A stretch of 64,000 bases of DNA from Acidimicrobiia bacterium (GTDB lineage: Bacteria; Actinomycetota; Acidimicrobiia; Spongiisociales; UBA11373), in NCBI GenBank assembly GCA_040878325.1, contig JBBDMM010000002.1, positions 1 through 64,000 on the forward strand, in the 5' to 3' direction. The notes beneath the pieces were generated by a model. It ran no database searches. It was not told where the DNA came from and saw only the letters and a program-made list of their open reading frames with translations. This document shows positions 1 to 9,218 of the stretch, one piece after another. Within the stretch, counting starts at the first letter, position 1, and every line of letters begins with the position of its first letter. The translations under genes were made by a program, and so were the position numbers.

Positions 1-55
1 TGACTCTTGACTCTTGACTCTTGACTCTTGACTCTTGACTCTTGACTCTTGACTC
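1..55. repeat. Heptamer tandem repeat (TGACTCT)n, about 8 copies, truncated by window edge
   Basis: Directly visible; lies just downstream of glpK stop. Confidence 0.97.
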
Positions 56-59
56 ACTT

Positions 60-1514
60 CTAGGCAAGCGTCTGCCGCACCGCGTGGTGCCACTCCCCTA
101 CCAGCCGGGCCCGTTCTTCGTCACCCATCGCGGGCTCCCAGCGCCGATCCTCGGCCCACAACTGGGTCAGCTGCTCGAATCCGTCGAAGAAACCCACGGC
201 CAATCCGGCGGCGTAGGCCGCGCCCAGAACGGTGGTCTCGGAGATGGTGGGACGCACCACCGGGCGTCCCAGGATGTCGGCCTGGAACTGCATGAGCAGG
301 TCGTTGACCACCATGCCTCCGTCCACGAACAGGGTCGAGATCTCGAAGCCCGAGTCGGCTTCCATGGCTGCGATGACATCAGCCGCTTGGAATGCAGTCG
401 CCTCGAGGGCGGCACGGGCGATGTGCCCGGCATTGGAGTAACGGGTGAGGCCGGTGATGGTGCCGCGGGCGGTCGCATCCCACCAGGGGGCGAATAGTCC
501 GCTGAATGCAGGGACGAAGTAGACGCCGCCGTTGTCGTCGACAGAGCGTGCCAGGTCCTCGATCTTCGTCGACGATTCGACGAACCCGAGGTTGTCCCGC
601 AGCCACTGCACGACGGCACCGGCGATGGCGACCGAGCCCTCCAATGCGTACCGGGGCTTGGCCCCTTCCACCTGGAAGGCGACGGTGGTGAGCAACCCGT
701 GCGAACTATGCACCGGCTGTTCCCCGGTATTGGCCAGTAGGAAGCAACCGGTGCCGTAGGTGTTCTTGGCCCGGCCGGGTTCGAAGCAGATCTGTCCGAA
801 CAGCGCCGCCTGTTGGTCGCCCAGATTCCCGGCGATAGGAACGCCTTCGAGCACGCCGCGCCCCGTGCCGTAGACCGCCACGCTGGGTTCGATCGCGGGG
901 AGCATCGCCACGGGAACCCCAAACGCCTCGCACAACTGAGGATCCCACCCCGGAGTGTCGAGGCGCATCAGCATGGTGCGGGAGGCGTTGGTTGGATCGG
1001 TGACATGCCGTCCGGTGAGATTCCAGATGAGCCAGGAGTCGATGGTCCCGAACCGGGCAGAATTCGGCAGACCGGGGGTCTCATCCAGCAACCACCGCAT
1101 CTTCGGCCCCGAAAAGTAGGTGGCCAGCGGCAAACCGGTTTCAGCACGGAATCGATCAGGTCCGGCGTCCCCCCCAAGGCGGCGGGCCAGGTCGTCGGTT
1201 CGGGTGTCCTGCCACACGATCGCCGGCGCCAGCGGCGCCCCCGTCGACGAGTCCCACAGCACGGTGGTCTCGCGCTGGTTGGCGATCCCAACTGCCGCTA
1301 GATCGGCCGCGGCGATCCCCGCCTTGGAGAGCCCGCCGGCGATCACCTGCTGGGTGCGTTCCCAGATCTCCACCGCATCGTGCTCCACCCATCCGGGTCG
1401 CGGATAGTGCTGCAGGTGCTCCTGCTGATCCAGGGCCACGATCCGCCCGGCCCCGTCCACCACCGCAAACCGGGTGCTGGTGGTCCCCTGATCGATCGCG
1501 CCGATATAAGTCAC
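60..1514 (-). CDS. glpK: Glycerol kinase
   Basis: [37 protein letters not shown] motifs; start GTG at 1514 inferred (ORF track extends to 1541 through repeats). Confidence 0.95.
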   Translation of the reverse strand: MTYIGAIDQGTTSTRFAVVDGAGRIVALDQQEHLQHYPRPGWVEHDAVEIWERTQQVIAGGLSKAGIAAADLAAVGIANQRETTVLWDSSTGAPLAPAIVWQDTRTDDLARRLGGDAGPDRFRAETGLPLATYFSGPKMRWLLDETPGLPNSARFGTIDSWLIWNLTGRHVTDPTNASRTMLMRLDTPGWDPQLCEAFGVPVAMLPAIEPSVAVYGTGRGVLEGVPIAGNLGDQQAALFGQICFEPGRAKNTYGTGCFLLANTGEQPVHSSHGLLTTVAFQVEGAKPRYALEGSVAIAGAVVQWLRDNLGFVESSTKIEDLARSVDDNGGVYFVPAFSGLFAPWWDATARGTITGLTRYSNAGHIARAALEATAFQAADVIAAMEADSGFEISTLFVDGGMVVNDLLMQFQADILGRPVVRPTISETTVLGAAYAAGLAVGFFDGFEQLTQLWAEDRRWEPAMGDEERARLVGEWHHAVRQTLA

Positions 1515-1597
1515 CAGTCTCCAGTCACCAGTCACCAGCAAGGCGGAGGATCGACGCCGATTCTGGCTGGCGACTGGGGACTGGGGACTGGGGACTC
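1509..1597. repeat. Inverted pair of heptamer arrays (AGTCNCC)x4 ... (GGNGACT)x4
   Basis: The two arrays are imperfect reverse complements. Confidence 0.9.
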
Positions 1598-2204
1598 ATA
1601 GCCCGAGGCGCTGGGTCGCTTCGCCTGCTTCCTGGCGGGCGGCGTCCGCACCGGCGGTGAGGAACGTGCGCAGCACTTCCGCCGCGGCCGGCACCACAAG
1701 ATCGATGTCGGGACGCTCCGCCTTGGTGAAGGCGCGCAGCACGAAGTCGGCGGGATCCATCCGCCCCGGGGGCCTGCCGACACCGACCTTGAGCCGCCAC
1801 ACCTCGCGGCTGCCGAGGGACCGCATCACGGAAGAAACCCCGTTGTGCCCCCCGGACCCACGACTCCCCTGGAATCTGAGCTTCCCGAAGGGAAGGTCGA
1901 TGTCATCGTGGACCAGCACGAGATCGTCGGGGGCGGTCTTGTAGTACTTGACGAGGCCGGACACGGGACCGCCCGACTCGTTCATGAAGGTGATCGGCAT
2001 GGCCACTACCGCGCTTCGACCGGCGAAATCCATAGTCGCCACTTCGGCAAGGATCCGCCGTGGAGCGCGCTTGAAGGTCTCACCGCCGGCCAGGGTCTCG
2101 ACGACCTCCCCGCCGACGTTGTGGCGGGTGCCTTCATAGTTGACTCCCGGATTGCGGAGACCCACGATGAGAACGGGGCTATCCCCGGGGTTGCGACGGC
2201 GCAT
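1596..2204 (-). CDS. pth: Peptidyl-tRNA hydrolase
   Basis: VGLRNPG, TRHNVG, FMNESG, VHDDIDL, GGHNG motifs; follows rplY. Confidence 0.96.
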   Translation of the reverse strand: MRRRNPGDSPVLIVGLRNPGVNYEGTRHNVGGEVVETLAGGETFKRAPRRILAEVATMDFAGRSAVVAMPITFMNESGGPVSGLVKYYKTAPDDLVLVHDDIDLPFGKLRFQGSRGSGGHNGVSSVMRSLGSREVWRLKVGVGRPPGRMDPADFVLRAFTKAERPDIDLVVPAAAEVLRTFLTAGADAARQEAGEATQRLGL

Positions 2205-2248
2205 GAGGTGAAGGTATCAGTTGAACGGTGGGAAGGTCCGGCGGGGCG

Positions 2249-2920
2249 TCAGCCCTCGTCGTCGCCCTCTGCTTCATCCCCGGCTGCTTCACCGGCGAGC
2301 CCTTCCTCACCCTCGACAGCCTCGCCCTCCACCGGCTCCTTGACCTCTTCTTCGACGATGCGGGGGATGATCACAGTGACGATCGACGCGTCTTCATCGT
2401 CGAGATATTCGACGCCGGCGATCGCTCCGAGGTCCGAGACCTTGAGGGTGTCGCCCACCTCCATCGCGGAGATGTCGAGTTGGATGTGCGCCGGAATGTC
2501 GAGCGGCAGAGCCTCGACCATCACCGAGTTCCTGATCGTTTCCACCAGGGCGCCCTCGGTCCGCACCGGCCCGGGCACGCCGTGGAACTCGATGCCGACC
2601 TCGGCATGGATCTTGACGTCGAGCGAGATGCTGATGAAGTCGAGATGGGCGACCTCGCCCCGGACCGGGTGCCGTTGAATCTCGCGGGCGACGGTCAGGA
2701 AGGGCTTCTTGGTCCCCTCGACCTCGAGGTTGATCAACGCGTTGGAGCCCGCCTCGGTGTGGAGGACGGCGTAGAGCTCACGGCGGTCCACCACCAGGGC
2801 CTGCGGGTCGAGGCCCCGGCCGTAGAGAATGGCAGGAACCTTGCCCGCGCCGCGGAGGCGCTTGCTGGGCCGAGTGCCGGCGACGGTGCGCGGCTCGGCG
2901 CGAAGGCTTACCTGATCCAT
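2249..2920 (-). CDS. rplY: 50S ribosomal protein L25/Ctc
   Basis: RLRGAGKVPAILYG, IQRHPV..HLDF, acidic tail; prs-rplY-pth synteny. Confidence 0.96.
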   Translation of the reverse strand: MDQVSLRAEPRTVAGTRPSKRLRGAGKVPAILYGRGLDPQALVVDRRELYAVLHTEAGSNALINLEVEGTKKPFLTVAREIQRHPVRGEVAHLDFISISLDVKIHAEVGIEFHGVPGPVRTEGALVETIRNSVMVEALPLDIPAHIQLDISAMEVGDTLKVSDLGAIAGVEYLDDEDASIVTVIIPRIVEEEVKEPVEGEAVEGEEGLAGEAAGDEAEGDDEG

Positions 2921-2955
2921 GGGAACGACTCCTCAGAAGAACTGTGCGGACCGGC

Positions 2956-2985
2956 ATTATCGCTCACCGGGGAGCGGTTTGGCAA
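2956..2985 (-). promoter_or_regulatory. Putative sigma70 promoter of rplY (TTGCCA-18-GATAAT)
   Basis: Consensus-like hexamers upstream of GAGGAG RBS. Confidence 0.5.
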
Positions 2986-3231
2986 AGTACGAGTGCCGCT
3001 ACACCGCATTGCCACGCAAATCAGGGCGCGAGTTCCCCGTTGGGATCTCTCCGGGTCGAGGCGAAACCGAAAACGCCAGACTTAGCGGATCGAGTGCCGC
3101 GGTACGGCCCCGCGGGCGATCCACCGACCCCTGGCCGGCGATCCACCATCCACCCCCAATTACCCGACATCGGGAGGCGCCACCCGTTAGCCTTGTGTCC
3201 GGCGGTACAACCGATCAAAGGGGAGGCCAAC

Positions 3232-3384
3232 GTGAAGTTCGGCAAGTTCTGGTATCTGGCCCTGGGGATCTGGCTGATCCTCTTCGGCGTGTTCACGATG
3301 GGTTGGCTCGAGTTGGACAGCAGCGGAGACATCATCGGGATCCTCGCGGTCGTCACCGGCGTTCTGGTGTTGATCGACAAGTAG
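3232..3384 (+). CDS. Small 50-aa two-TM membrane protein
   Basis: GGGAGG RBS before GTG; MKFGKFWYLALGIWLILFG...ILAVVTGVLVLIDK. Confidence 0.75.
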   Translation: MKFGKFWYLALGIWLILFGVFTMGWLELDSSGDIIGILAVVTGVLVLIDK

Positions 3385-3433
3385 GAAGGGCCTCGCTTCG
3401 CTCGGCCCGGCAATCGGCAATTGGCAATTGGCA
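3381..3433 (+). repeat. REP-like hairpin GGGCCTCGCTTCGCTCGGCCC with GGCAATT heptamer tail
   Basis: Related copies at 28003, 28168, 33825, 35711, 35777, 41536. Confidence 0.75.
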
Positions 3434-3459
3434 GGACCGAGCAGACGCAATACTTGAGA

Positions 3460-3496
3460 GACTCAGCCCGCAGTCTTCACGACTGCGGGCTGAGTC
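3460..3496. terminator. Perfect 16-bp hairpin between convergent genes
   Basis: GACTCAGCCCGCAGTC-ttcac-GACTGCGGGCTGAGTC. Confidence 0.7.
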
Positions 3497-3500
3497 GTTT

Positions 3501-3911
3501 CTAGGCCGGGAGGAACGAGAGGCGGACCGTTCTCTGCGGGTTGTCACCGTTGGGGTCTACCAGGACGATCGACTGCCACGTTCCGAGTTGGAGAGTGCCG
3601 TCGAGCACCGGGACCGTGATGGACGGGGCGATGAACGCCGGCAGCACGTGGTCTGCACCGTGACCAGGGGAACCGTGGCGATGCTCCCAACGGCCGTCCC
3701 GGGGGAAGAGCGTCTCGAGGTGAGTGACCAGGTCGCGATCACTGCCGGCTCCCGTTTCGAAGATGGCCACTCCGGCGGTGGCATGGGGCACGAAGACCGA
3801 GAGCAGGCCGTCGGCGCGACCCGACACGAACCGGGCTGCCTCGGAAGTGATGTCGACCGCCGCAGCCTCCGCTCCGGTGGTGACCTCGATGGTCACAGAG
3901 TCCAAAGACAT
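3501..3911 (-). CDS. yjbQ: YjbQ/UPF0047 family protein
   Basis: VFVPHATAG, HGADH, LGTWQSIVLVD motifs. Confidence 0.9.
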   Translation of the reverse strand: MSLDSVTIEVTTGAEAAAVDITSEAARFVSGRADGLLSVFVPHATAGVAIFETGAGSDRDLVTHLETLFPRDGRWEHRHGSPGHGADHVLPAFIAPSITVPVLDGTLQLGTWQSIVLVDPNGDNPQRTVRLSFLPA

Positions 3912-3997
3912 ACGGAAGTGGGCTCGCCTCGGGATGATGTATCGGCTTGGTCCAAGCCGATACATCATGGGTCCTGCGACCCATTTCCGTATGTCTT
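3905..3997. repeat. 93-bp structured palindrome, copy A
   Basis: 18-bp outer arms, single bulged C, 4-bp stem, 6x7 internal loop, 15-bp inner stem, 5-nt loop; same architecture as 14592-14684. Confidence 0.9.
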
Positions 3998-5292
3998 CAG
4001 TCGGACATCGACTCCATGTAGTCGCGCACCTCGGGCATGGCCGTCATCTTCTCGTAGAAGAAGTTGTTGACGATGTTGAGCAGGGCATCGCGCGCCTGTT
4101 CGGCCGCTGCCGAATCGACCCCGCCGTCGCGCACACCGTCGCGCACCGCCAGGAGTTGAGCGACGATCGCCTCCTCCTCTACCCCTTCGAGTGACCGGAC
4201 CACATCGACGATCGTGCGGTCCACCTGGTCGAGGACGGCTCTGTGGTCGACGGTGGAGTCCGGCCCGGACGCCTCCTCAATCGTCCGCACCACGGCGTAG
4301 ACCTGATAGAGGGCCGTGGTGGGCTCGTCGAATATCTCCCGGAGAAAGGCCGCTTCCAGATAGTGCCCGCTCATTCGAAACACGTTGTACATGCGCTTGG
4401 CGGCCTTGCCGATATTGGGATGGTCGCGGGCGAGGTACTTCCGCACTTCCTTCTCCAGGGAATCAACGTACTCGTCGAGGGCGTCGGCCGAGACGTGCTG
4501 GGCCAGCTTGCTGAACAGCGGCACCTCCTCGGCGTTCAGGTAAACCTCCTGGAAGTAGGGGTCGAGGTATCCGTCGAGGGGCGTGATCGACCCGTCGGGC
4601 GCCTCCCAGGTCACGTCGAGCATGTTGGAGGCGTTGGCGAGTTGCTTGCGCACCGGATCGGCGACAACCCAATCGAGCTTGCACCATCCGGGGTTCTCCG
4701 CCACCTCGGCCCAGCGGATCGTCACTTCCTTGCCGTCGGAATCCTCGACGACGAACTCGCCCGCTGCGATCTCGTCGCCCGACCAAGCAATGGGGCTGCC
4801 CGCCCGCAGTTGGGACCCGCCACGGATCACATCGACCGGGTATTGGCCGAACTTGGCCTCGATGAAGCGGTAGGTGTCCCCCTCCATCTTGTCGATCACC
4901 TTCTTGCGAAGCACTTCGGCGGTCCGGCGGCAGGCGTCGACGCGAGTGGCGGCCTTGATGTTCACCCGCTCGAAGTAGTCGCAGTCACCGGGATATGCCT
5001 GGATCTTGGACTGGGCGGCTGAACCGGAGAGGGCGAGCGCCGTCTCGACATCGTCCTCGTCCGGGATCTCGACCAGCGCACCGACCGAGCGGAAGAAGGC
5101 CAGGTCGTCAGGGCTGAAGTCGAGCATGACCATCCGATGGCCAAAGACACCGGTGCGGTGGTCGAGTGTGATCTCGCTCTGGCCGCTGCCCACCTCCATC
5201 GCCTTCATCCAGCGATCGGCTTCGGCGGCGTCCAGTTCCAACCCAGCCCGCGCCGCGGACTCGATTATGCGGTCAAGGTCACTATTAGTCAT
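3997..5292 (-). CDS. Hypothetical protein with Pol-beta nucleotidyltransferase-like motif
   Basis: Long ORF with LSGS-x11-DCD and a downstream KLDW strand. Confidence 0.6.
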   Translation of the reverse strand: MTNSDLDRIIESAARAGLELDAAEADRWMKAMEVGSGQSEITLDHRTGVFGHRMVMLDFSPDDLAFFRSVGALVEIPDEDDVETALALSGSAAQSKIQAYPGDCDYFERVNIKAATRVDACRRTAEVLRKKVIDKMEGDTYRFIEAKFGQYPVDVIRGGSQLRAGSPIAWSGDEIAAGEFVVEDSDGKEVTIRWAEVAENPGWCKLDWVVADPVRKQLANASNMLDVTWEAPDGSITPLDGYLDPYFQEVYLNAEEVPLFSKLAQHVSADALDEYVDSLEKEVRKYLARDHPNIGKAAKRMYNVFRMSGHYLEAAFLREIFDEPTTALYQVYAVVRTIEEASGPDSTVDHRAVLDQVDRTIVDVVRSLEGVEEEAIVAQLLAVRDGVRDGGVDSAAAEQARDALLNIVNNFFYEKMTAMPEVRDYMESMSD

Positions 5293-5391
5293 GGGACGAA
5301 GACTACGCCGTCGAGGCCCCAGCAACAGCCCCTGCCCCAGTCAGAACGGCACAAGGTGATTCGGGCCGGAACCGCAGCGGGGTCGGAACAG

Positions 5392-5460
5392 GATTCTGGC
5401 TGTGGCCGGAGCCGGAGCCGGGGCTGGATTTCTGGCTGTGGCCGGAGCCGTGGCTGGGGC
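5392..5460. repeat. Degenerate hexamer repeats (GGCTGT/GGCCGG/AGCCGG), with an about 23-bp direct repeat
   Basis: ttctggctgtggccggagccg occurs twice. Confidence 0.75.
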
Positions 5461-5483
5461 GAGAGAATGTGTGACCGTCGAGG

Positions 5484-6467
5484 TCACACATTCTCCCCCA
5501 TGAATATCTGGCTCACCGAGGTGTCCATGAAGATCGCCTTGAGGGTGTCGGCGAGCAGGGGGGCGATCGAGAGGATGGTCAGGTTCGGGAGCCCGGCGGC
5601 GTCCTCGGGGACCGGGAGGGTGTTGGTAACCACAACCTCCTTGAGGGGAGAGTTCTTGATTCGGTCGGCGGCGGGTGGAGGCAGGATCGCATGAGTCGAC
5701 AACGCCCTCACCGACAAGGCACCTCGATCGGCGAGAAGCTCGGCGGCGAGGACGATGGTGCTGGCGGTGCCGATCATGTCGTCGACGATCACACAATGTC
5801 GACCCTCCACCTCGCCCACCACCTGGAGGGCACTCACCTCGTCGGCGACGTCGACCCGACGCCGCTTGTGCACGAACGCCACTTCTGCGTCGAGGTGGCG
5901 GGCGTAACGCGATGCCTGCTTCACCCGGCCGCTGTCGGGGGAGACGATGGTGAGCGGCTTCTCGCCGTTCGTCTTGAGGTACTCGCGGAAGATCGGCAGC
6001 GCCGTGAGCGAGTCGAAAGGCTTGGTGGTGAAGCCCTGAATCTGTGGCGAGTGCAGATCGACCGACACCAGGCGGTCGGCACCGGCCGTCACGAAGAGGT
6101 CGGCCATGAGACGCGCCGAGATCGGCTCGCGCGGCATGCTCTTCTTGTCCTGCCGGGAGTAGCCGAAGTAGGGCACCACCGCGGTGATCCGCTTGGCCGA
6201 CGCCCGCTGCAGTGCGTCGATCATGATCAACTGCTCCATGACATGGAAGTTGATCGGGTTGCTGTGGCTCTGGAGCACGAAACAATCGGCGCCACGAACG
6301 CTCTGCTGGTAGCGGACCGAGATCTCGCCGTCGGCGAAGGTCTTCAGATCGACCAAACCGACCTCGATATCCAGAAGGGCCGCGACTTCCTCCGCCAGCC
6401 CGGGGTTCGCCGAACCCGTGAAGAGCATCAAGCGCTTCCGGTTCTTGGTCTCCATGAGACCTTTCAC
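5484..6467 (-). CDS. prs: Ribose-phosphate pyrophosphokinase
   Basis: FADGEI, PYFGYSRQD, DLHSPQIQGF, IVDDMI motifs; start may be 6455. Confidence 0.97.
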   Translation of the reverse strand: MKGLMETKNRKRLMLFTGSANPGLAEEVAALLDIEVGLVDLKTFADGEISVRYQQSVRGADCFVLQSHSNPINFHVMEQLIMIDALQRASAKRITAVVPYFGYSRQDKKSMPREPISARLMADLFVTAGADRLVSVDLHSPQIQGFTTKPFDSLTALPIFREYLKTNGEKPLTIVSPDSGRVKQASRYARHLDAEVAFVHKRRRVDVADEVSALQVVGEVEGRHCVIVDDMIGTASTIVLAAELLADRGALSVRALSTHAILPPPAADRIKNSPLKEVVVTNTLPVPEDAAGLPNLTILSIAPLLADTLKAIFMDTSVSQIFMGENV

Positions 6468-7840
6468 TCGCCCTCCGATTCGGCTGTCCGCGCCCTTCGT
6501 TCAGAGTAGCCAGCGATCTCCTTCTGGGCAGAACGCTCAACCGCGAGCGCACCGGGGGCGACATCCTTGGTGATCACCGAGCCGGCACCGGTGATCGAGT
6601 CGTCCCCCAACTCGATCGGAGCCACCAGCATCGTGTCGGATCCGACGAACACCCGGCTGCCGATAACCGTCCGGTGCTTGCGAAAGCCGTCGAAGTTGCA
6701 GGTCACGGTCCCGGCGCCGATGTTGGAGTTCTCACCGATCGTCGCATCGCCGATGTAGGAGAGGTGGGGCACCTTGCTGCCGGCGCCGATCTCCGACGCC
6801 TTGATCTCGACGAACGAACCCGCCTTCGAGCCGGTGTGAAGGATGGTGCCGGGCCGCAGAGTCGCGTAGGGGCCCACATCGACGTCGTCGCCCACCTGGG
6901 CGCCTCGAAGCACCGAGTACCACACCCGCGCCCCCCGGCCGACCGTGGTGTCAAGCAAGTAGGCATCAGGGCCGATCTGCGAGTCGGCTCCGATCGAGGT
7001 CGCCCCCTCGAGGTGGACGCCGGGATAGATCCGCGCCCCGGGCTGCAGGGTCACTGACTCGTCGATGTAGACCCGATCCGGGTCCTGCATCCACACCCCC
7101 TGCCGCATCCACTCCGCGTTGATGCGACGGCGCATCACCGCGTCGACATTGGCCAGCTGGTCGTGCGAGTTCACCCCGAGCGTCTCCTCGTGATCCACCT
7201 CCACGGTCTCCACCGGGCCGACCGCGGCGAGCATGCCCACCACATCGGTCAGGTAATACTCATTCTGGCGGTTTCCGGCGTCCAGCCGGCCGAGCGACTC
7301 TCCCAGGAGACGACCGCCAAATACGTAGGTCGACACCGCCACCTCGTCGATCCGGGCCGTCGCCGGGTCGGCGTCGCGCTCCTCGACGATCGCCACCACT
7401 GCCCCATCCTTGCGCAGCACCCGCCCGTACCCGGTGGGGTCTGGCATCCGGGTGGTAACCATCGTGCAAGGAGAACCTGGCCCGTGAGCCTCGAGCAGGG
7501 TGCGCAGCGATTCGGCGGTCACCAGGGGGCTGTCGCCGGGGACAACCAGGACGGTGTCCTCGTTGGTATCGCCCATGGCTCCGAACGCCACCTGAGCGGC
7601 GTGGCCCGTACCCAACTGCTGCTCTTGGACAACCGACCTGACGCCGTCGGGAAGGACCGCAACCACTGCCTCCGCCCCGTGGCCGACGACGACGGTGATG
7701 TCCTCGGCTCCGGCTCGGGTGACCGCGTCGATCACCCATGAGATGATCGGACGGCCGGCGACCAGGTGGAGCACCTTGGGCATGTCAGACCGCATCCGGG
7801 TGCCCTTCCCCGCCGCGAGGATCATCGCCCGCACCGCCAT
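6464..7840 (-). CDS. glmU: Bifunctional GlmU
   Basis: ILAAGKGTRM, EYYLTD, hexapeptide repeats, HLSYIGDA; GGAGGTG RBS. Confidence 0.97.
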   Translation of the reverse strand: MAVRAMILAAGKGTRMRSDMPKVLHLVAGRPIISWVIDAVTRAGAEDITVVVGHGAEAVVAVLPDGVRSVVQEQQLGTGHAAQVAFGAMGDTNEDTVLVVPGDSPLVTAESLRTLLEAHGPGSPCTMVTTRMPDPTGYGRVLRKDGAVVAIVEERDADPATARIDEVAVSTYVFGGRLLGESLGRLDAGNRQNEYYLTDVVGMLAAVGPVETVEVDHEETLGVNSHDQLANVDAVMRRRINAEWMRQGVWMQDPDRVYIDESVTLQPGARIYPGVHLEGATSIGADSQIGPDAYLLDTTVGRGARVWYSVLRGAQVGDDVDVGPYATLRPGTILHTGSKAGSFVEIKASEIGAGSKVPHLSYIGDATIGENSNIGAGTVTCNFDGFRKHRTVIGSRVFVGSDTMLVAPIELGDDSITGAGSVITKDVAPGALAVERSAQKEIAGYSERRARTAESEGE

Positions 7841-7864
7841 GCCGACATCACCTCCGAAAGTGGG

Positions 7865-7936
7865 CTGGGGGGACAGGGCTCGAACCCATTCCTTGGGGAC
7901 CAAAACCCCACGTGCTGCCGGTTACACCACCCCCCA
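7865..7936 (-). tRNA. tRNA-Gln(TTG)
   Basis: Cloverleaf: TGGGGGG/CCCCCCA acceptor, TGGGG-TT TTG GT-CCCCA anticodon arm, GGTTCGAGCC T loop; typical position upstream of glmU. Confidence 0.95.
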
Positions 7937-7961
7937 CCAGAACGCGTCGTATGGGATCGCC

Positions 7962-8243
7962 GGGAGTTTACCGCTGGGGGTGAACTCAACTCTTGGGGAC
8001 CGCCAAGCCCATGGGTGCTGCCGGTTACACCACCCCCCAAAAAGGGAATTCCCCCCTTGGGCCGCGGGAGTGTACCGCCGGGGTGACTCGAACCCTTGGG
8101 GACCGCCAAGCCCATGGGTGCTGCCGGTTACACCACCCCCCACCAGAACGCGTCCTATGGGATCGCCGAGAGTTTACCGCCGGGGTGACTCGAACCCTTG
8201 GAGACCGCCAAGACCATGGTGCTGCCGGTCACACCACCCCCCA
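7962..8243 (-). repeat. Tandem array of three tRNA-Gln-derived units (period 101-103 bp)
   Basis: 5' ends at 8039, 8142, 8243 share the first 25 nt of tRNA-Gln (one change in the third), plus GGTCYCCAAG and a T-loop-like segment. Confidence 0.92.
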
Positions 8244-8285
8244 ATAGGGAGAAAGAGGAGTGTAAGCCAACGGCCTCTCGCCGAT

Positions 8286-8319
8286 AGCCACAGCCACAGC
8301 CACAGCCACAGCCACAGCC
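8286..8319. repeat. Hexamer tandem repeat (AGCCAC)n
   Basis: About 5.5 copies downstream of ispE. Confidence 0.95.
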
Positions 8320-8336
8320 CAAAGGTCCATCGACCT

Positions 8337-9218
8337 TCAGGCGACCGCGCTCCAAGGCGGTGGCGGGAGTCCTCCGCCTGGGTTGCCGTTCCAGCCTCGG
8401 TCCACCGGTACGGCTGCCAGTGTTGCCCGGGCACCACGCACCTCGGACGCGGCGTGGGTCGCCTCCTCCCGATCGTGGAAGAACGCGAACAGCGAAGGCC
8501 CGCTTCCCGACATGGCCACCGGACGGCCCCACACCCGACCAAGGTCGGAGATCCAGTCGGCGAGCTCGGGGCGGAGGTTCATGGCGGCGGGGGTCAGGTC
8601 GTTGACGAGCGGGCCGTACTCCCGCAACGAGGGTGGGAGATCGCGTCCCGCCACCTCCAGGCCCTCGGGACCATCCAGCCGATCCCACCGTCGGTAGACC
8701 GCGGCGGTCGACAGCTCGAACGGTGGGACCGCGATCGCCAGGGCGAAATCGGTGGACATGGGCACCTCCCCCAGCACCTCTCCGTAACCCTCGATCCACA
8801 TGCGGCCGCCGGTGAGACAGAAGGGGACGTCGCTTCCCAGGGAGGGGCCGAGGGCTGTCACCGCCTCCCGGGTCGCATCCAGCATTCCGCCGGCCGCGAC
8901 CAACGCGGCGGCGGCGTCGGCGCTGCCACCCCCGAAACCGGAGGCGACGGGGATCCGCTTGGTCAGCCTCACCCGCAAAGGAAACCGGGTCGACAGCCGG
9001 ACCGCCTCCACCGCCCGCCACGCCAGGTTGTTCTCATCGGCGGGAACGTCCTCGTCGGAGTCCACCTCGAATTCGTCTTCGTCGCCGCGAGACACCTCGA
9101 CCACATCGGACAGGTCGATCGACTGGGCAAGCGACCGCAATTCGTGCAATCCGGATCGGTCGACGGGACGAACCTGCAACGACAGGTTGACCTTGGCGAA
9201 GGCGGTGATCTCGGTCAC
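8337..9218 (-). CDS. ispE: CDP-ME kinase
   Basis: AKVNL, KRIPVASGFGGGSADAAA, LGSDVPF, MSGSG. Confidence 0.95.
   Translation of the reverse strand: MTEITAFAKVNLSLQVRPVDRSGLHELRSLAQSIDLSDVVEVSRGDEDEFEVDSDEDVPADENNLAWRAVEAVRLSTRFPLRVRLTKRIPVASGFGGGSADAAAALVAAGGMLDATREAVTALGPSLGSDVPFCLTGGRMWIEGYGEVLGEVPMSTDFALAIAVPPFELSTAAVYRRWDRLDGPEGLEVAGRDLPPSLREYGPLVNDLTPAAMNLRPELADWISDLGRVWGRPVAMSGSGPSLFAFFHDREEATHAASEVRGARATLAAVPVDRGWNGNPGGGLPPPPWSAVA

Noticed and set aside
2980..3100. c-di-GMP-I riboswitch (GGCAAA...ACGCAAA)
   Set aside because: Expected GNRA-capped stem and downstream pairing not found; only a 10-bp direct repeat CGAGTGCCGC (2990, 3091) is evident
3905..3997. Integron attC site
   Set aside because: Lacks RYYYAAC/GTTRRRY ends; no integron integrase or cassette array
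7962..8243. CRISPR array
   Set aside because: Repeat is about 77 bp and tRNA-derived, two linkers are near-identical, and no cas genes are in the window
7962..8243. Three extra functional tRNA-Gln genes
   Set aside because: No 7-nt anticodon loop, no proper T-stem, no matching 3' acceptor strand
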